From Selaginella moellendorffii (lineage: Eukaryota; Plantae; Lycopodiophyta), in assembly GCF_000143415.4 (NCBI RefSeq), contig NW_003314312.1:315261-379260 (forward strand): a stretch of 64,000 nt of DNA, written 5' to 3'. Shown here piece after piece: positions 24,095 to 36,048 of the stretch. Under the pieces are notes generated by a model. It saw only the letters and a list, made by a program, of their open reading frames with translations. It made no database searches and had not been told where the DNA came from. A program made the translations under genes and the position numbers. Within the stretch, counting starts at the first letter, position 1; each line of letters begins with the position of its first letter.

Positions 24095-24177
24095 GGGGGG
24101 GAGAGGATAGCATAGCATTTGAGAAGTGGGAGAGAGAGAGGGGGGGGAGAGGATAGCATAGCATTTGAGAAGTGGGC
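24055..24177. repeat. (GT)n(GA)n microsatellite plus ~45-bp direct duplication
   Basis: GAGAGGATAGCATAGCATTTGAGAAGTGGG occurs twice. Confidence 0.9.
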
Positions 24178-25209
24178 ACCTATTTTGTAATCTCAAGATT
24201 GCATGATAGTGACCACCAAATGGTGAACACTAAATCTTTGCACCACATTTGCCCCAAAAGTGAGAAACAAACAGCAAGATTCTGATGGTCCCAGCTCTAC
24301 ACATGTATATGTATTCATGCCATTAGCAAAGAAAAGAAAAGAACAACAGCAACTACTAGTCCTACAGATTGAAAGTTGCTGAAACAGAATAGGTTCAGAA
24401 GAAATTGACCATGCCGACTCCACCCACTCTGCAGTTTATTGCAACTTGCGGGAGATTTTATCAGACAGGAATCAAGGGTCTCCATCTCTGCTATAAATCC
24501 TGCTCGTCCAAATGCTGCTTGTTGTGTGACATCACAATCACAGTCTATAAAGTCTCTGCCTGGTACAAAACTCCCCTGCCTCGAGCCCTAGTGAGAAAAA
24601 ACTGCAACTCACAAGACAAGATCTCCACATCATGAACCTGCAATTATTGCATTTGTTGACATTTAGCTTGATGGATCATCTCTGATCTCATTCATCAATC
24701 CCTGAACAAAAGAAAGAGTTAAACAAAGCCCACCCCCCTCTGGAGAAAACAAAGCAGAAAGAGACGCAAAGAGGTGACTGATTGATTGACCTGAGGATCC
24801 AAATGTCAAATTTGTCAATCCGGCAAAGACACAAATTTCTTCTTTCCTTCCTTACTTTATACTTAGAAAAACATATTATAATCCCAATGTGTGTGTCCTC
24901 ACCTGCGTGTGCACGGCTTTAACAAAAGAAAATAGATAAAACTAAATAACTAAAAAAATATTCCAGCACTAGGAAACCGCCCTTGCATCATGCTTCCAAC
25001 TCTTTAGGATTCTTTATCGCTATCCAGGTCCAAATACTAAATTATGTATTATATACTCCGTGTTGAAACTTCCACCAGCACCACCATGATCTGTGTATAA
25101 GAATCCAGAGAAAAGCATTAGAAAAATCACGGAAAGACGGCTTGAAACGATTACAAAATTGACTAATGGATGCTCTTGGACAAGCAAGTTGGCAAATGCG
25201 TATAGTTTT

Positions 25210-27474
25210 CTATGCTTTGTCAACTCTTATCAATGAGGAAGAAGAACCTTGGAGCTGTATCATGTTGCTTAGCAGTACGTACGACGATCCATGCTTGGAA
25301 TTCAAGTTAACACCCAAAGATCGAGTCGCTCGAGCACCTCGCCTCGCATCTTTGTGATCACTGCAAGCCGCGAGGAGCGAATTCACGTCGAGAGAATCTG
25401 GAACAAAGGGCATGCTTGCGAGGAGCTCCTCGGCATCATCCAGTCGCCCCGCTCGTCCCAGCAGTCCCACCATGCAGCAGTAATGCTGCTTCTCGGGTTT
25501 CAATCCGCAGTCTGCCACCATTGTGTGGAAGCACCGGAATCCGGCGCGGAGCTGGCCGCGATGGCTGCAAGCCAGCAGCAAACACGTCAGAGAGATCCCG
25601 TCCGGAGCATCGGTCGTGAAGATGGTGTGGAACATCTCGAGCGCCAGGTGAAAGTGATCGCCATTCGCAGCGAGGGCGACGAGCATCGAGTTCCAGGTGA
25701 GGATGTTCTGCTGCTCGAGAGTGTCGAAGATCTCCCTGGCCTTGTGGAGGTTTCCCGAGTGAGAGTAAGCGGCGAGAAGATGGTTCCACGACGCAAGATC
25801 GCGGGGAGCTTCCATGGCGTAGAAGCACTCCTTGGCCTCGTGAAGATGCCCGTTTTGGGCGTAGCCAGCGAGCATCGCGTTCCAGGAGACGGTGTTCCTG
25901 TGCGCCATTCGATCGAAGAAAGCTTTCGCGTGATCCACATACCCGTGCTGGGCATACGCGGATAGCATCGCGTTTAGAGAGACTTGATCCCACTCTTTCA
26001 TCCGATCGAACACTCGCTTGGCCTCCTCAAACTCGCCATTCTGTGCGAAGGATGACAGGAGCGAGTTCCACGAAACGAGATTTCTCTCCGGCATTGTATC
26101 GAAGATCTCCGCCACCTTTCGCAAATGCCCGTGTTGGGCATATGCAGAGACCATACAAGTCCACGAAACAAGATCTAGCTCCTTCATCCTGCGAAACATC
26201 CCCTCGGCCTCGCGGAGAAACCCTCCCGCGGCATACCCCGAGAGCATCGCATTCCAGCACGCGAGGCTTCGCTCGGGCATGAGATCGAAGAACTCCCTGG
26301 CGCCCTCCAAATCCCCGAGCTCCGAGTAGCCGCTCACCATGACGCACCACGAGACGAGGTTCCACTCGGGCATCCTGGCGAAGAAGACATGGCGCGCGTC
26401 TTGGACGAGGCCATTGAGCGCCAGCGCGGTGAGGAGCGCGTTCCAGGAGACGATGTTGCGCTGCCGCATTCGATCGAATTCCTCCCTGGCCTGTGCCGGG
26501 CAGCCGCTCTGGCCGTAGGCCGCCACCATCGCCGTCCTGGAAATGAGATCTGGCTGGGCGATGCTGTCGAAAACCTCGCGCGCGGCGTCGATCTGGCCGG
26601 CTTGCGCGAGCATCGAGACGAGGAGCGTGGCGGAGGATTGATTCCTCTCCGGCATGCGATCGAACAGCGCCCTGGCATCGTCGACCAAGCCCTGGTGGGA
26701 GTATGCGGAGATTAGGGTATTCCACGCCACGAGGTCGTGAAGGGGCATGGAATCGAACACGCGCTTAGCGTCTTGCAAATGCCCGTTATGGGCAAATGCC
26801 GAAAGAAGCGCATTCCAAGAGACATGGTTCCATTCGCCCATGGATTTAAAGATTTGAAGCGCTGAGTTCGGATAACCAGATAGGGCATATCCGGTGAGCA
26901 TAGCAGTAAATGAAATAGTATCTCTCTCCGGCATTCTCTTAAAGAGGTCTTTAGCTTGCTCTAGATGCCGTGAAAGGGCATATGCTGAGAGCATCGCGTT
27001 CCAGGCTACGAGATTCCTTTCTCGCATTGAATCGAAAGTTTCTCGTGCCTCTTTGATCTGGGATTTTTTTGTATGCGCACAGAGCATTGCAGTCCAGGAA
27101 TGCACGTCCCAGGTCGGCATCCTGGCGAAGATTCGCTTAGATTCCCGGAGATTCCCAACGCGGGCATATGCAGAGAGCATGGCAGTGGCGGAGATTTGAT
27201 CCTTGGTCGGCATTTCATCGAAAACGGACCGGGCATTTGTGGTGTCGCCGAGTTGTGCGTAGGCGGAGATCATCACCACCCATGCAAAGGAATCTCTCCT
27301 CGAAGGAACGATGTTGTCAAAAACGCGCCTGGCATCTTCGACGCTTCCCAATCTGGCGTAGCCCTGGATCAAAAAGCTCGCCACCTTGGGATCGATCTCC
27401 CGTTCCATGAGATTCTCGTGGACGCGTTTCAGCTCATGCAAGGATTTGCAAGACTGGATCAAAGCAATGCTCAT
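25210..27474 (-). CDS. PLS/E-class PPR protein, intronless
   Basis: 754 aa with a long array of ~31-aa repeats and an E domain (ACSHRG...MPFVPD...SSYVLLSN). Confidence 0.93.
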   Translation of the reverse strand: MSIALIQSCKSLHELKRVHENLMEREIDPKVASFLIQGYARLGSVEDARRVFDNIVPSRRDSFAWVVMISAYAQLGDTTNARSVFDEMPTKDQISATAMLSAYARVGNLRESKRIFARMPTWDVHSWTAMLCAHTKKSQIKEARETFDSMRERNLVAWNAMLSAYALSRHLEQAKDLFKRMPERDTISFTAMLTGYALSGYPNSALQIFKSMGEWNHVSWNALLSAFAHNGHLQDAKRVFDSMPLHDLVAWNTLISAYSHQGLVDDARALFDRMPERNQSSATLLVSMLAQAGQIDAAREVFDSIAQPDLISRTAMVAAYGQSGCPAQAREEFDRMRQRNIVSWNALLTALALNGLVQDARHVFFARMPEWNLVSWCVMVSGYSELGDLEGAREFFDLMPERSLACWNAMLSGYAAGGFLREAEGMFRRMKELDLVSWTCMVSAYAQHGHLRKVAEIFDTMPERNLVSWNSLLSSFAQNGEFEEAKRVFDRMKEWDQVSLNAMLSAYAQHGYVDHAKAFFDRMAHRNTVSWNAMLAGYAQNGHLHEAKECFYAMEAPRDLASWNHLLAAYSHSGNLHKAREIFDTLEQQNILTWNSMLVALAANGDHFHLALEMFHTIFTTDAPDGISLTCLLLACSHRGQLRAGFRCFHTMVADCGLKPEKQHYCCMVGLLGRAGRLDDAEELLASMPFVPDSLDVNSLLAACSDHKDARRGARATRSLGVNLNSKHGSSYVLLSNMIQLQGSSSSLIRVDKA

Positions 27475-28009
27475 TTTAGGTCATTTAAAGAAAGATAGAT
27501 TCCATTACTTTAAAGAAAAAGTACCAGATGTTTTCCAGAACTCCCTTTACCCAAGGAACCCTAGCCCTAGAACAGGGCGAACCCTAACCCAGATATTTAA
27601 TTTTCTTAATTTCTTAGTGCACACGCAAAGAAGAACAGAAGAGCGAATCTCACTTTTCTGCTTTATTCCTGTTAATGGGTTGTCAAAATCAGCCAAGTAC
27701 TTGATCTGGCTTTCAAAACTCGAGACTTTGTGTGTACAAAAGAAAGAATGTGGGCTCTTTTTCTCTCTGTCTCTGTCTCTCTCTCTCTCTCGACGTAAAA
27801 ACTTTAGAAAAGTCGTAGACCAGGGACCGCAAACACATTTGACAATCGCCCGTCTACATAGACTACGCTTTCTCCCAGAAACAAATCCTTATTTTTAAAG
27901 GAGTACTGTAAAAAGCAAACAGCAGTAGCACGAAATAGGCCTCCTCTCCTGGGAGAAAGAGAGCGAGAGAGAAAGAGGGAGCGGGCGGCTTTGGCGAGAA
28001 AAGGGGGCC

Positions 28010-29856
28010 ATGCCTTCCTCGGCGGAGATGGATTTGATCACTGCCAAGCCACCCACGAAGGTATCTCGGCGATTTTGGATCTAGAGTTTAGACAATGCCG
28101 TGATGTTCTTGGACTGGAATTGTTCGATTCAATCGATGTTGCTCGCAGGGAAGGAGTGCTGCGTATCTTATGTGCTGGCTTTTGGGACTTGGATCTTTGT
28201 TTACTTGGAACAGTATGCTCACAGTCATGGATTACTACTCCCACGTCTTCCCGGTTTGTGGGAGCTCTCCTTTTGGAGCTTGGACTCTCTAAGTTTAGTT
28301 TTTCTCTCTTTTGTTTTATAGGACTATCATCCTTCGCGTGTTCTTACGCTCGTCTATCAGCCTTTTGCTTTCATCACAGTGGGAATTCTCACATACTACG
28401 AGGCTAAAGTCGATACGCGATTCAGGATCTTGTTTGGTTTTTCGGTGTTCTTCGTATCGTCGACGCTCGTCCCTATTGTAAGTGACCGACCATTGTGATT
28501 TGTCTTCTCTGGTTTGCGTTTTTTCTACTCTCAAGTTTCGTTGAAAATGTATGGACTTTCAATGATTCAGTGCTGAGATATTTTGTGGGTGTGTCGGTGG
28601 TGAAGCTGGACTTGGCAACCTCCGGCCATGGAGGCATCGGACCTTACATTGGAGTGTGCGTCTTGAGCGCTTGCTTCGGCCTTGCCGATGCATTCGTTCA
28701 AGGTGGCATTGTTGGAGACTTATCTTACATGCATCCAAACTTCCTCCAGGTAAAATCATATCTCTTTGAATTTTTAGCCATCCTTCCGATGTTTTCTTGG
28801 TGATTATCTTGCAGTCATTCTCAGCAGGACTCGCTGCTTCTGGTGCTGCTACCTCAAGCCTACGATTGATCACCAAAGCTTCGTTTCCAGACACGAAAGT
28901 TGGACTTCGCAAAGGAGCTCGTAAGTTCATATAAAGTTTGTGTCCATCAGATGGTGCATCTCTTTTCTTTTTCCAGTGACTTTCTTTTTCATCTCGGCTT
29001 TCTTCGAGCTCCTGTGCTTGATCCTCTACGCCGTGGTTTTCCCAAAGCTTGAGATGGTCAAACACTACCGGAAAACTGCGGCTTTGGAAGGTGCCACCAC
29101 AGTAAACGCTGATCTTGCTGCAGCCGGAGTCGTCGTCACTGATCTCGAAAAGGTTCGTTGCGTTTGAATCGCAAAGCTAGACACTGATAAGATCTCTCTG
29201 AATCATCAGGACTCTGAAAAAGGAAACACCAGGCTTTCTAGCCTCGCTCTTCTCTCACAAAATGTCGACTACGCATTTGATGTGTTCGCCATTTACGTTT
29301 TAACTCTATCGATCTTCCCGGGATTTCTAGCCGAGGATACGGGATCACACAGCCTGGGATCATGGTAAGCTGGTTGCTTGATTTTACAATCTCTCCTGGA
29401 ACTTCACGACAAAACATCTATAGGTACGTTGTTGTTCTAATTACGATGTATAACTTGGGAGACTTGGTTGGAAGATATCTTCCTTTGATCAAAGCCATCA
29501 AGATCAAGTCGAGAGTGGGAATTTTGGCGGCCGTGGTGGCGAGGTTTGCTTTTATACCTGCCTTTTATCTCACGGCCAAGTATGGTGACCAAGGATGGAT
29601 GCTCATGCTGTGCATTCTCCTCGGAATCACCAATGGACACCTGACTGTTTGTGTTCTTGTTGAGGCCCCCAGAGGCTACAAGGTATGTAGCGATTCCTTC
29701 TCTTAAGTTTGCTCCTTTTAAATTTTCTCTCTGTGTTTTCTTTTTCAGGGACCGGAGCAAAATGCTATTGGAAACATTCTTGTGTTTTTTCTACTTGGAG
29801 GAATTTTTGCGGGTGTAACCCTTGACTGGCTGTGGCTAATTGGGAAGGGCTGGTGA
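28010..29856 (+). CDS. Equilibrative nucleoside transporter (ENT3-like), multi-exon
   Basis: Motifs FGLADAFVQGGIVGDLS, LSIFPGFLAEDTG, KYGDQGWM, GPEQNAIGN and C-terminal LDWLWLIGKGW*. Confidence 0.92.
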
Positions 29857-30135
29857 CACTAATTCAATTATATATGTACATACTGTATACATTAAAATCA
29901 GTCCCAAATGAGTCCATATAGCCAAGGTAATATATGTATATACATATACAAACTTTACAATTGATCGTTTCCAATTTATTTTAAATTCTTTACTGAAGCT
30001 GTGGCCAGCATTAAAAATTACAACTAACACCAAGAAGAGTGCTGAAGCTGTGGCCAGCATTTAAATTACAACTACACCAGGAAGAAAAGATCATACTGCC
30101 TCTTCTTTTTAGAGGCCCATATCTAATCTTCTCAC

Positions 30136-31524
30136 TCAATCCTCCGAGTTGGTGCTCGAGCTATCGAGCAAAAAGAGGTGCTCCTCGTCCTCCTTCCTGT
30201 GATGTCGCTCGTCCTTAAAATCCCTCACCATAATCCACAGCAGTGGAAAGCTGAGTGACATGAGAATCCAGTTGAGGCACAGCTGAGGCATCAAAGCCAT
30301 CTCGCTCGCATCAAGCTGCCAAGCCACCGCCGCTCCAGCGCTCTGGAGACCCTTGTAAAATCCTCCATAGCGGCTCAAAGTCTGGACCTCCCCACTCATC
30401 TCCCCCATGACCCAGTAGCACAGCGTCTGGAACATCGCGTCGAGCAGGCCAAAGCACGAGTAGAGCACGAACGGGCCCAGGAACTGGAAGCCATCGGTGA
30501 AATCCAGCGGGACTCCATGCGGAAGACGATGGCGAGAGTAATTCGTCTGGTTGACGAACGCGGCAGCCCAGATGAGCGTCGAGGCGGCCGCCACGAGGAG
30601 AATTCCCAGGTGAGCGCGCGATCGAGAGCTGGGGCTGGATTTGTCGAGCAGTCTTCCTGCTAGAACCGAGCCAAGCATCTGTGCCGACCAGTAGACAACG
30701 TTGTTGAGGCCGCGAGTTCTCACGTCGAAGAGCAAGCCATTCACGTTGTTGAACTGGTACGTGTAGAAGAAGTTGCTGGCGATGCATGCCGGGACGAACG
30801 CTAGCATCCTCGGATCACGAAAGAGCTTGAGGATCTCCCAGCACTCCGTCGCAACATCGGTGTGGAGCGCGGAGATCACCTGGGTTCCATCCTCGCGCGC
30901 CACTTGATCCGGCTGGACGAGCTTGAGCGAGAGAATGCTCCCACACAGCATCACCACGATGAATGCGATGTAAGTGGTGTCGTTGACGGAGTGAGAGGAG
31001 CTTCGATCGCGGCTAAAGTTGAGGAAGAATGGGATCAATCCGCCCACCACGCCACCCATGTTGAAAACGCTCCAAAAAATGGAGATGTAGAGGCCCTTGT
31101 CTCGCTCCGGAGGATAGGACATGAGGATGGATCCCTGCCCTGCCCAGAGAAGCCCGGCCCCAAACCCTAGCAATCCCCCGGCGAGGACGACGAGCCTCTC
31201 GTCGTGGCTGTGGTTGTAGCGCAGGAAGGAGGCGACGTAGAGCGCGTAGAAGACGCTGCCGACCAGGACAGTGATCCTCGGGCCCAAAATATTGTTGAAT
31301 CCGCCGCCGAGGAGGCCGAAGATCGCGAATGCCGCGTAGAGCGCCGTGAGGGCTCGATTGGCGGCGTGGGGATCGACCTGGCCGCCGCCGCCCATCCCTG
31401 TGAGCGCCGAGAACATCCCCGGGCAGCAGAAGCACACGGCGCCGACGAGAATCACCTGTCCCATGGGCGTTCGTAGGCGAGGAAGCAGCGCCATTGCTCC
31501 TCCCCCGGTGCGCCATAGCGCCAT
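30136..31524 (-). CDS. UNC93-like MFS membrane protein
   Basis: CFCCPGMFSAL, GLLWAGQGSILMSYP, SNFFYTYQFNNVNG, RYGGFYKGLQSAGAAVAW. Confidence 0.9.
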   Translation of the reverse strand: MALWRTGGGAMALLPRLRTPMGQVILVGAVCFCCPGMFSALTGMGGGGQVDPHAANRALTALYAAFAIFGLLGGGFNNILGPRITVLVGSVFYALYVASFLRYNHSHDERLVVLAGGLLGFGAGLLWAGQGSILMSYPPERDKGLYISIFWSVFNMGGVVGGLIPFFLNFSRDRSSSHSVNDTTYIAFIVVMLCGSILSLKLVQPDQVAREDGTQVISALHTDVATECWEILKLFRDPRMLAFVPACIASNFFYTYQFNNVNGLLFDVRTRGLNNVVYWSAQMLGSVLAGRLLDKSSPSSRSRAHLGILLVAAASTLIWAAAFVNQTNYSRHRLPHGVPLDFTDGFQFLGPFVLYSCFGLLDAMFQTLCYWVMGEMSGEVQTLSRYGGFYKGLQSAGAAVAWQLDASEMALMPQLCLNWILMSLSFPLLWIMVRDFKDERHHRKEDEEHLFLLDSSSTNSED

Positions 31525-31723
31525 CGAGCGAAGCTCCCCCCTTTCTGCCCTAATGCGCCAAGTTTAAAATTCCCGAAAAGAAACTCATGAGGGGTATATT
31601 CTTTGAAGCATAACGGCGGGAAAACACAAAAGTAAGGGCAAAGTTTAGGGTTCTTGGCGGAGGGAGAAATATTTCGCAGTGATCGATCGATTGATCGATC
31701 TAGAGCGCAGCACGGCCGGCGCC

Positions 31724-34700
31724 ATGACGGATGCGACCGACGACATTGCGGAGGAGATCTCTTTCCAGGCGTTTGATGACGATTGTCATCTGCTGGGGAA
31801 TCTGCTCAACGATTGCCTCCAGCGCGAGGTCGGGCCGCGGCTTATGGAGAAGGTCGAGCGCGTGCGGCTTCTAGCGCAGGTATCTGGATGGATTTTCGTG
31901 GATTTTGCCGAAATTTTTCTGTGTAGAGCGTGTGCAACATGCGGACTGTTGGGGTCGAGGAGGCCGCGCTGTGGCTCTCGAAGCAAATCGAGAAGGAGCT
32001 CTTGAATATGTCTGTGGATGAAACAGTGCCGCTGGCAAGAGCCTTTAGTCATCACTTGAGTCTCATGGGAATCGCTGAGACGCATCACCGGTAGAAAATG
32101 CTTCTTTTTCTCTTGTGTTGCTATGCCATGACATGTTTTTATTTGTTGTTTGGGATCCTTGTTCTTTGCAGCGTCCGGAGGAATAGGATGGCATCCCATC
32201 CATCAAAGTCGTGTGACGATGTTTTTAAAAGGCTCATCCAATCGGGAGTTTCTCAAGATGATATATACAATGCGGTGTCTAATCAGGTGACTATATCCTG
32301 TTTTTCCTTTTATTCTAGTCTTATTTCTCGGACAATGAGTTCTTTAGGAAGTCGAAATAGTACTGACTGCTCATCCAACACAAATCAACAGGCGGACGCT
32401 CCAATACAAACACGTTCGCATCGGGGTAAGCTTGAACGATTTCTTTGTTCTAATTCTCGTTTGTCTATTTTTTACAGCATCTTTTGGAAAGAAACGATCG
32501 GCAGGATTTAACTCATGAAGAGAAGGAGCTGCTTATTGAAGATTTGGTATGATGATCTATTAGCGTTGTCAGACAGCTGAAGTGCTTGCTTTGTCAAATT
32601 CGCTAGGTGAGAGAGATCACTTCTTTGTGGCAAACGGACGAGTTAAGGCGACGAAGGCCTACACCTCTGGACGAAGCTCGCGGAGGTGCTCAACAAAATC
32701 TTGTATTCTTCACGCTTTTTGAGTTGACTCGTTATAGAACTACAGGGTTGCACATTGTTGAGCAGACTTTGTGGCGGGCGGTTCCTCAATATTTACGAAG
32801 AATCAGCACGGCCTTGAAGAAAGTGCGGGACTAAAATTTTGTTGCAGCGAGTGTGTGGTCGTGGCCTGGCAAAGACAACCGGTCTAACGCAGCCGTGGTG
32901 TGCGATGTTTTGCAGCATACAGGAAGACCGCTGCCTCTATCGTCGACGCCAATCAAGTTTGGCTCGTGGATGGGCGGAGACCGAGATGGAAATCCACATG
33001 TGACTGCAAAAGTAAGTAAAAGAAAATAATGTTGCAGGTGAGTGTTACAAGTTTTTGTTTTCCCAGGTGACCCGAGATGTTTGCTACTTGGCGCGATGGA
33101 TAGCTGCAGACCTTTACCTGAGGGAAGTGGATAGCCTGAGGTTCGAATTGTCCGTGAGTAATTGTGACGAGAAGCTAGCTCAATTTGCATATGACATAGT
33201 TGCAGAAGGTAATTCAATTGTTTTTTAATTGTTTTTCCTGCTTGACTTCTATTAACTCAGATCGAGAACATGAGCACGACCATGATGAACATCATGAAAG
33301 ATGTTACCACAGAGCGTATGGAAGGCACGGAGAGTTTTTTGCATCCAGCGTCCACTCCAATCTCCCAGCTGGTGCAGATATACCCGCATGCTCTGGTAAG
33401 CCTAGTTTTTTTTTTTTGTTTTTGTTAATTTTTTAAATTGTAATTTCTATTTCTCTATTTTGCTCATTATCAAGTTATTACAGATCCAGACGGTGTTGCT
33501 GAACTGCCTGTTCTAGAACTTCCAATCAAGGACGACATAGACATGCAAACAACTTACCAGGTCAATAAATTATTGCTTTTGAAACAAAACAAAAGTTCAT
33601 AAGGTTGGTGCAGGCTTCCTCCAACACCACAACAGCGCTACAGTCGAATGAGTCGTCTCCAAGTGCTGTGAAAGCGGAGATAATGAGGGATAGTATTCAA
33701 CACGATCAAGAATCACCGGCATCGCCAACTAGAGCAGCCACCATTCTCGCAGCGGCCATCTCGGCTGGCATTCGGAAAAGGACAGGCACAGATTCAATCA
33801 GTAAATCTAGTGTTGATAAACTACTGAATCCTAGTGCGACGGGTCGGCCTGATATTGCGCCATATAGAGTGGTGCTTGGTCACATCAGAGAGAAGGTATA
33901 TACATTTTTTTAATTGAGCCTGTACATCCTATGCTAAACCTTTGACGTTATCAAGCTCGTGAACACTCGCCGTCGCATGGAGGAGCTCTTGGACGACTTA
34001 CCTTGCGATTATGATCCTAGCGAATTCTACGAAACTCCAGAACAGCTCTTGGAGCCATTAATGCTTTGCCACCGATCAATGGTACTAGTTGGTGTGTTGT
34101 GTTGTTTTGTACTGAAAATGCGTGTCGTGTAGGAGTCTTGTGAAGCCGAAGTGCTAGCGGACGGGCGCCTTACAGATCTTATTCGGCGTGTGTCAATATT
34201 TGGAATGACACTGATGAAACTCGATTTACGTCAGGTTAGAGGGAGCGTTCTTGTTTCAGCTGTACTTACGTAAAGGTTCTTTTAGGAAGCTGAGAAACAC
34301 TCCGAGGCTTTGGACGCAATAACAAAGTTTCTCGACATGGGAACGTATAGCGCGTGGGATGAAGATAAAAAGCTAGATTTCCTAACGAAGGAGCTCAAAG
34401 GGAAAAGGCCTCTTGTCCCGCCAACGATTGCAGTAAGTGATTCAACAGATCTGAGGCGTTTCCCACGCGTGTTTTGATCAGGTTTCTTCGGAGGTTCAAG
34501 AAGTTCTCAACACCTTTCGGGTTGCAGCAGAATTAGGAAGTAACTCCCTTGGAGCATACATTGTCTCAATGACATCTGAGGTCTTTTTTTTATGACCGTG
34601 TTGAACAATAAATTGGCTGTTGATGGTTTTTCAGGCTAGTGACGTTCTTGCTGTTGAGCTGCTCCAGAAGGAAGCTCGTCTTGTAGTGAGCGGCGAGCTT

Positions 34701-36048
34701 GGCAAGCCCTGTCCTGGAACATCGTAAGCGTTGCTTCTATGTGGTTGTATCTTCCAACCGATCCGGACTGCATTTACAGGCTTCGGGTAGTTCCATTGTT
34801 TGAAACTGTAAAAGACTTGAGAGACGCAGGCACGATAATTAGGAGGCTTCTGTCTATTCCGTGGTACCGTGATCATTTGGTTACAAATCACCAGGGACAC
34901 CAAGAGGTTGGCACCAACTTTCACTTGTTGTTTGTATCGCTGAGACACTATGCACAGGTGATGCTGGGTTATTCTGACTCTGGCAAAGATGCTGGCCGTT
35001 TCACGGCGGCTTGGGAACTGTACAAAGCTCAGGAAGATGTTGTCGCTGCATGCAAGGACTACGGGATAAAATTGACTCTGTTCCATGGCCGAGGAGGAAG
35101 CGTTGGACGGGGTGGCGGGCCTATGTATCTCGCTATTCAATCACAGCCTCCTGGCTCCGTAATTGTAAGTTAATCCTCGGCTTTGCTAAAAGGTTCTCAT
35201 TTCTCTCTTGTGATCCATATCAGGGAACTCTGCGTATAACCGAGCAAGGAGAGATGGTGCAGGCGAAGTTTGGCCTTCCACAGACTGCTTTACGTGAATT
35301 GGAAATCTACACGACGGCTGTTCTTTTGGCAACGTTAAACCCTCCAGACTCGCCCCGGGTTAGTTGCTGGAGAACGGTCATGGAACAGATCTCCGACGTC
35401 AGTCGCCAACATTATCGCAATGTCGTCTACGAGAATAAGGAGTTTCTGCATTACTTCCAGGAGGCAACCCCAGAATCCGAGCTGGGAAACTTGAACATTG
35501 GCAGCAGGCCGACGAGGCGAAAAAAGTCTGGCGGCATTGGACAGCTGAGGGCCATACCTTGGATATTTGCATGGACGCAAAGCAGGTTCGTTCTTCCGGC
35601 ATGGCTGGGGGTGGGGAAGGGACTGGAGGCAGTCATATCGCAGGGATATATACAGGAACTTCAGGCCATGTATCGCGAGTGGCCGTTTTTCCAGTCTACG
35701 ATAGATCTTATTGAGATGGGGTTGGCAAAAGCAGACACAGCCATTGCGAAGCATTATGACGACTGGTTAGTGAATCCAGCGAGGCAGACACTCGGACAAG
35801 AGCTGCGGGACGAGTTCCACAAGACAGAGAGGTGTGTTTTGGAAGTGAGTGGGCATCACAGGCTAGCGGAGAACAATAAAACGCTGAGACGTTTGATCGA
35901 AAGTAGGCTGCCGTACTTGACGCCTCTCAACATGCTACAAGTGGAGGTGTTGAGGCGTCTGAGACAGGATCAGGGCAACCAGAGGCTTCGTGATGCTCTT
36001 CTCATTTCGATAAATGGCATAGCTGCTGGTATGCGGAACACTGGCTGA
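31724..36048 (+). CDS. PPC4: Bacterial-type phosphoenolpyruvate carboxylase (BTPC), many short introns
   Basis: N-terminus [21 protein letters not shown]. Motifs [60 protein letters not shown] and C-terminal RNTG. Confidence 0.95.

Noticed and set aside
25291-27498. Numerous antisense and alternate-frame ORFs over GC-rich genes (also at 30-31, 40-42, 47-52 and 57-61 kb)
   Set aside because: Expected shadow ORFs of high-GC coding sequence.
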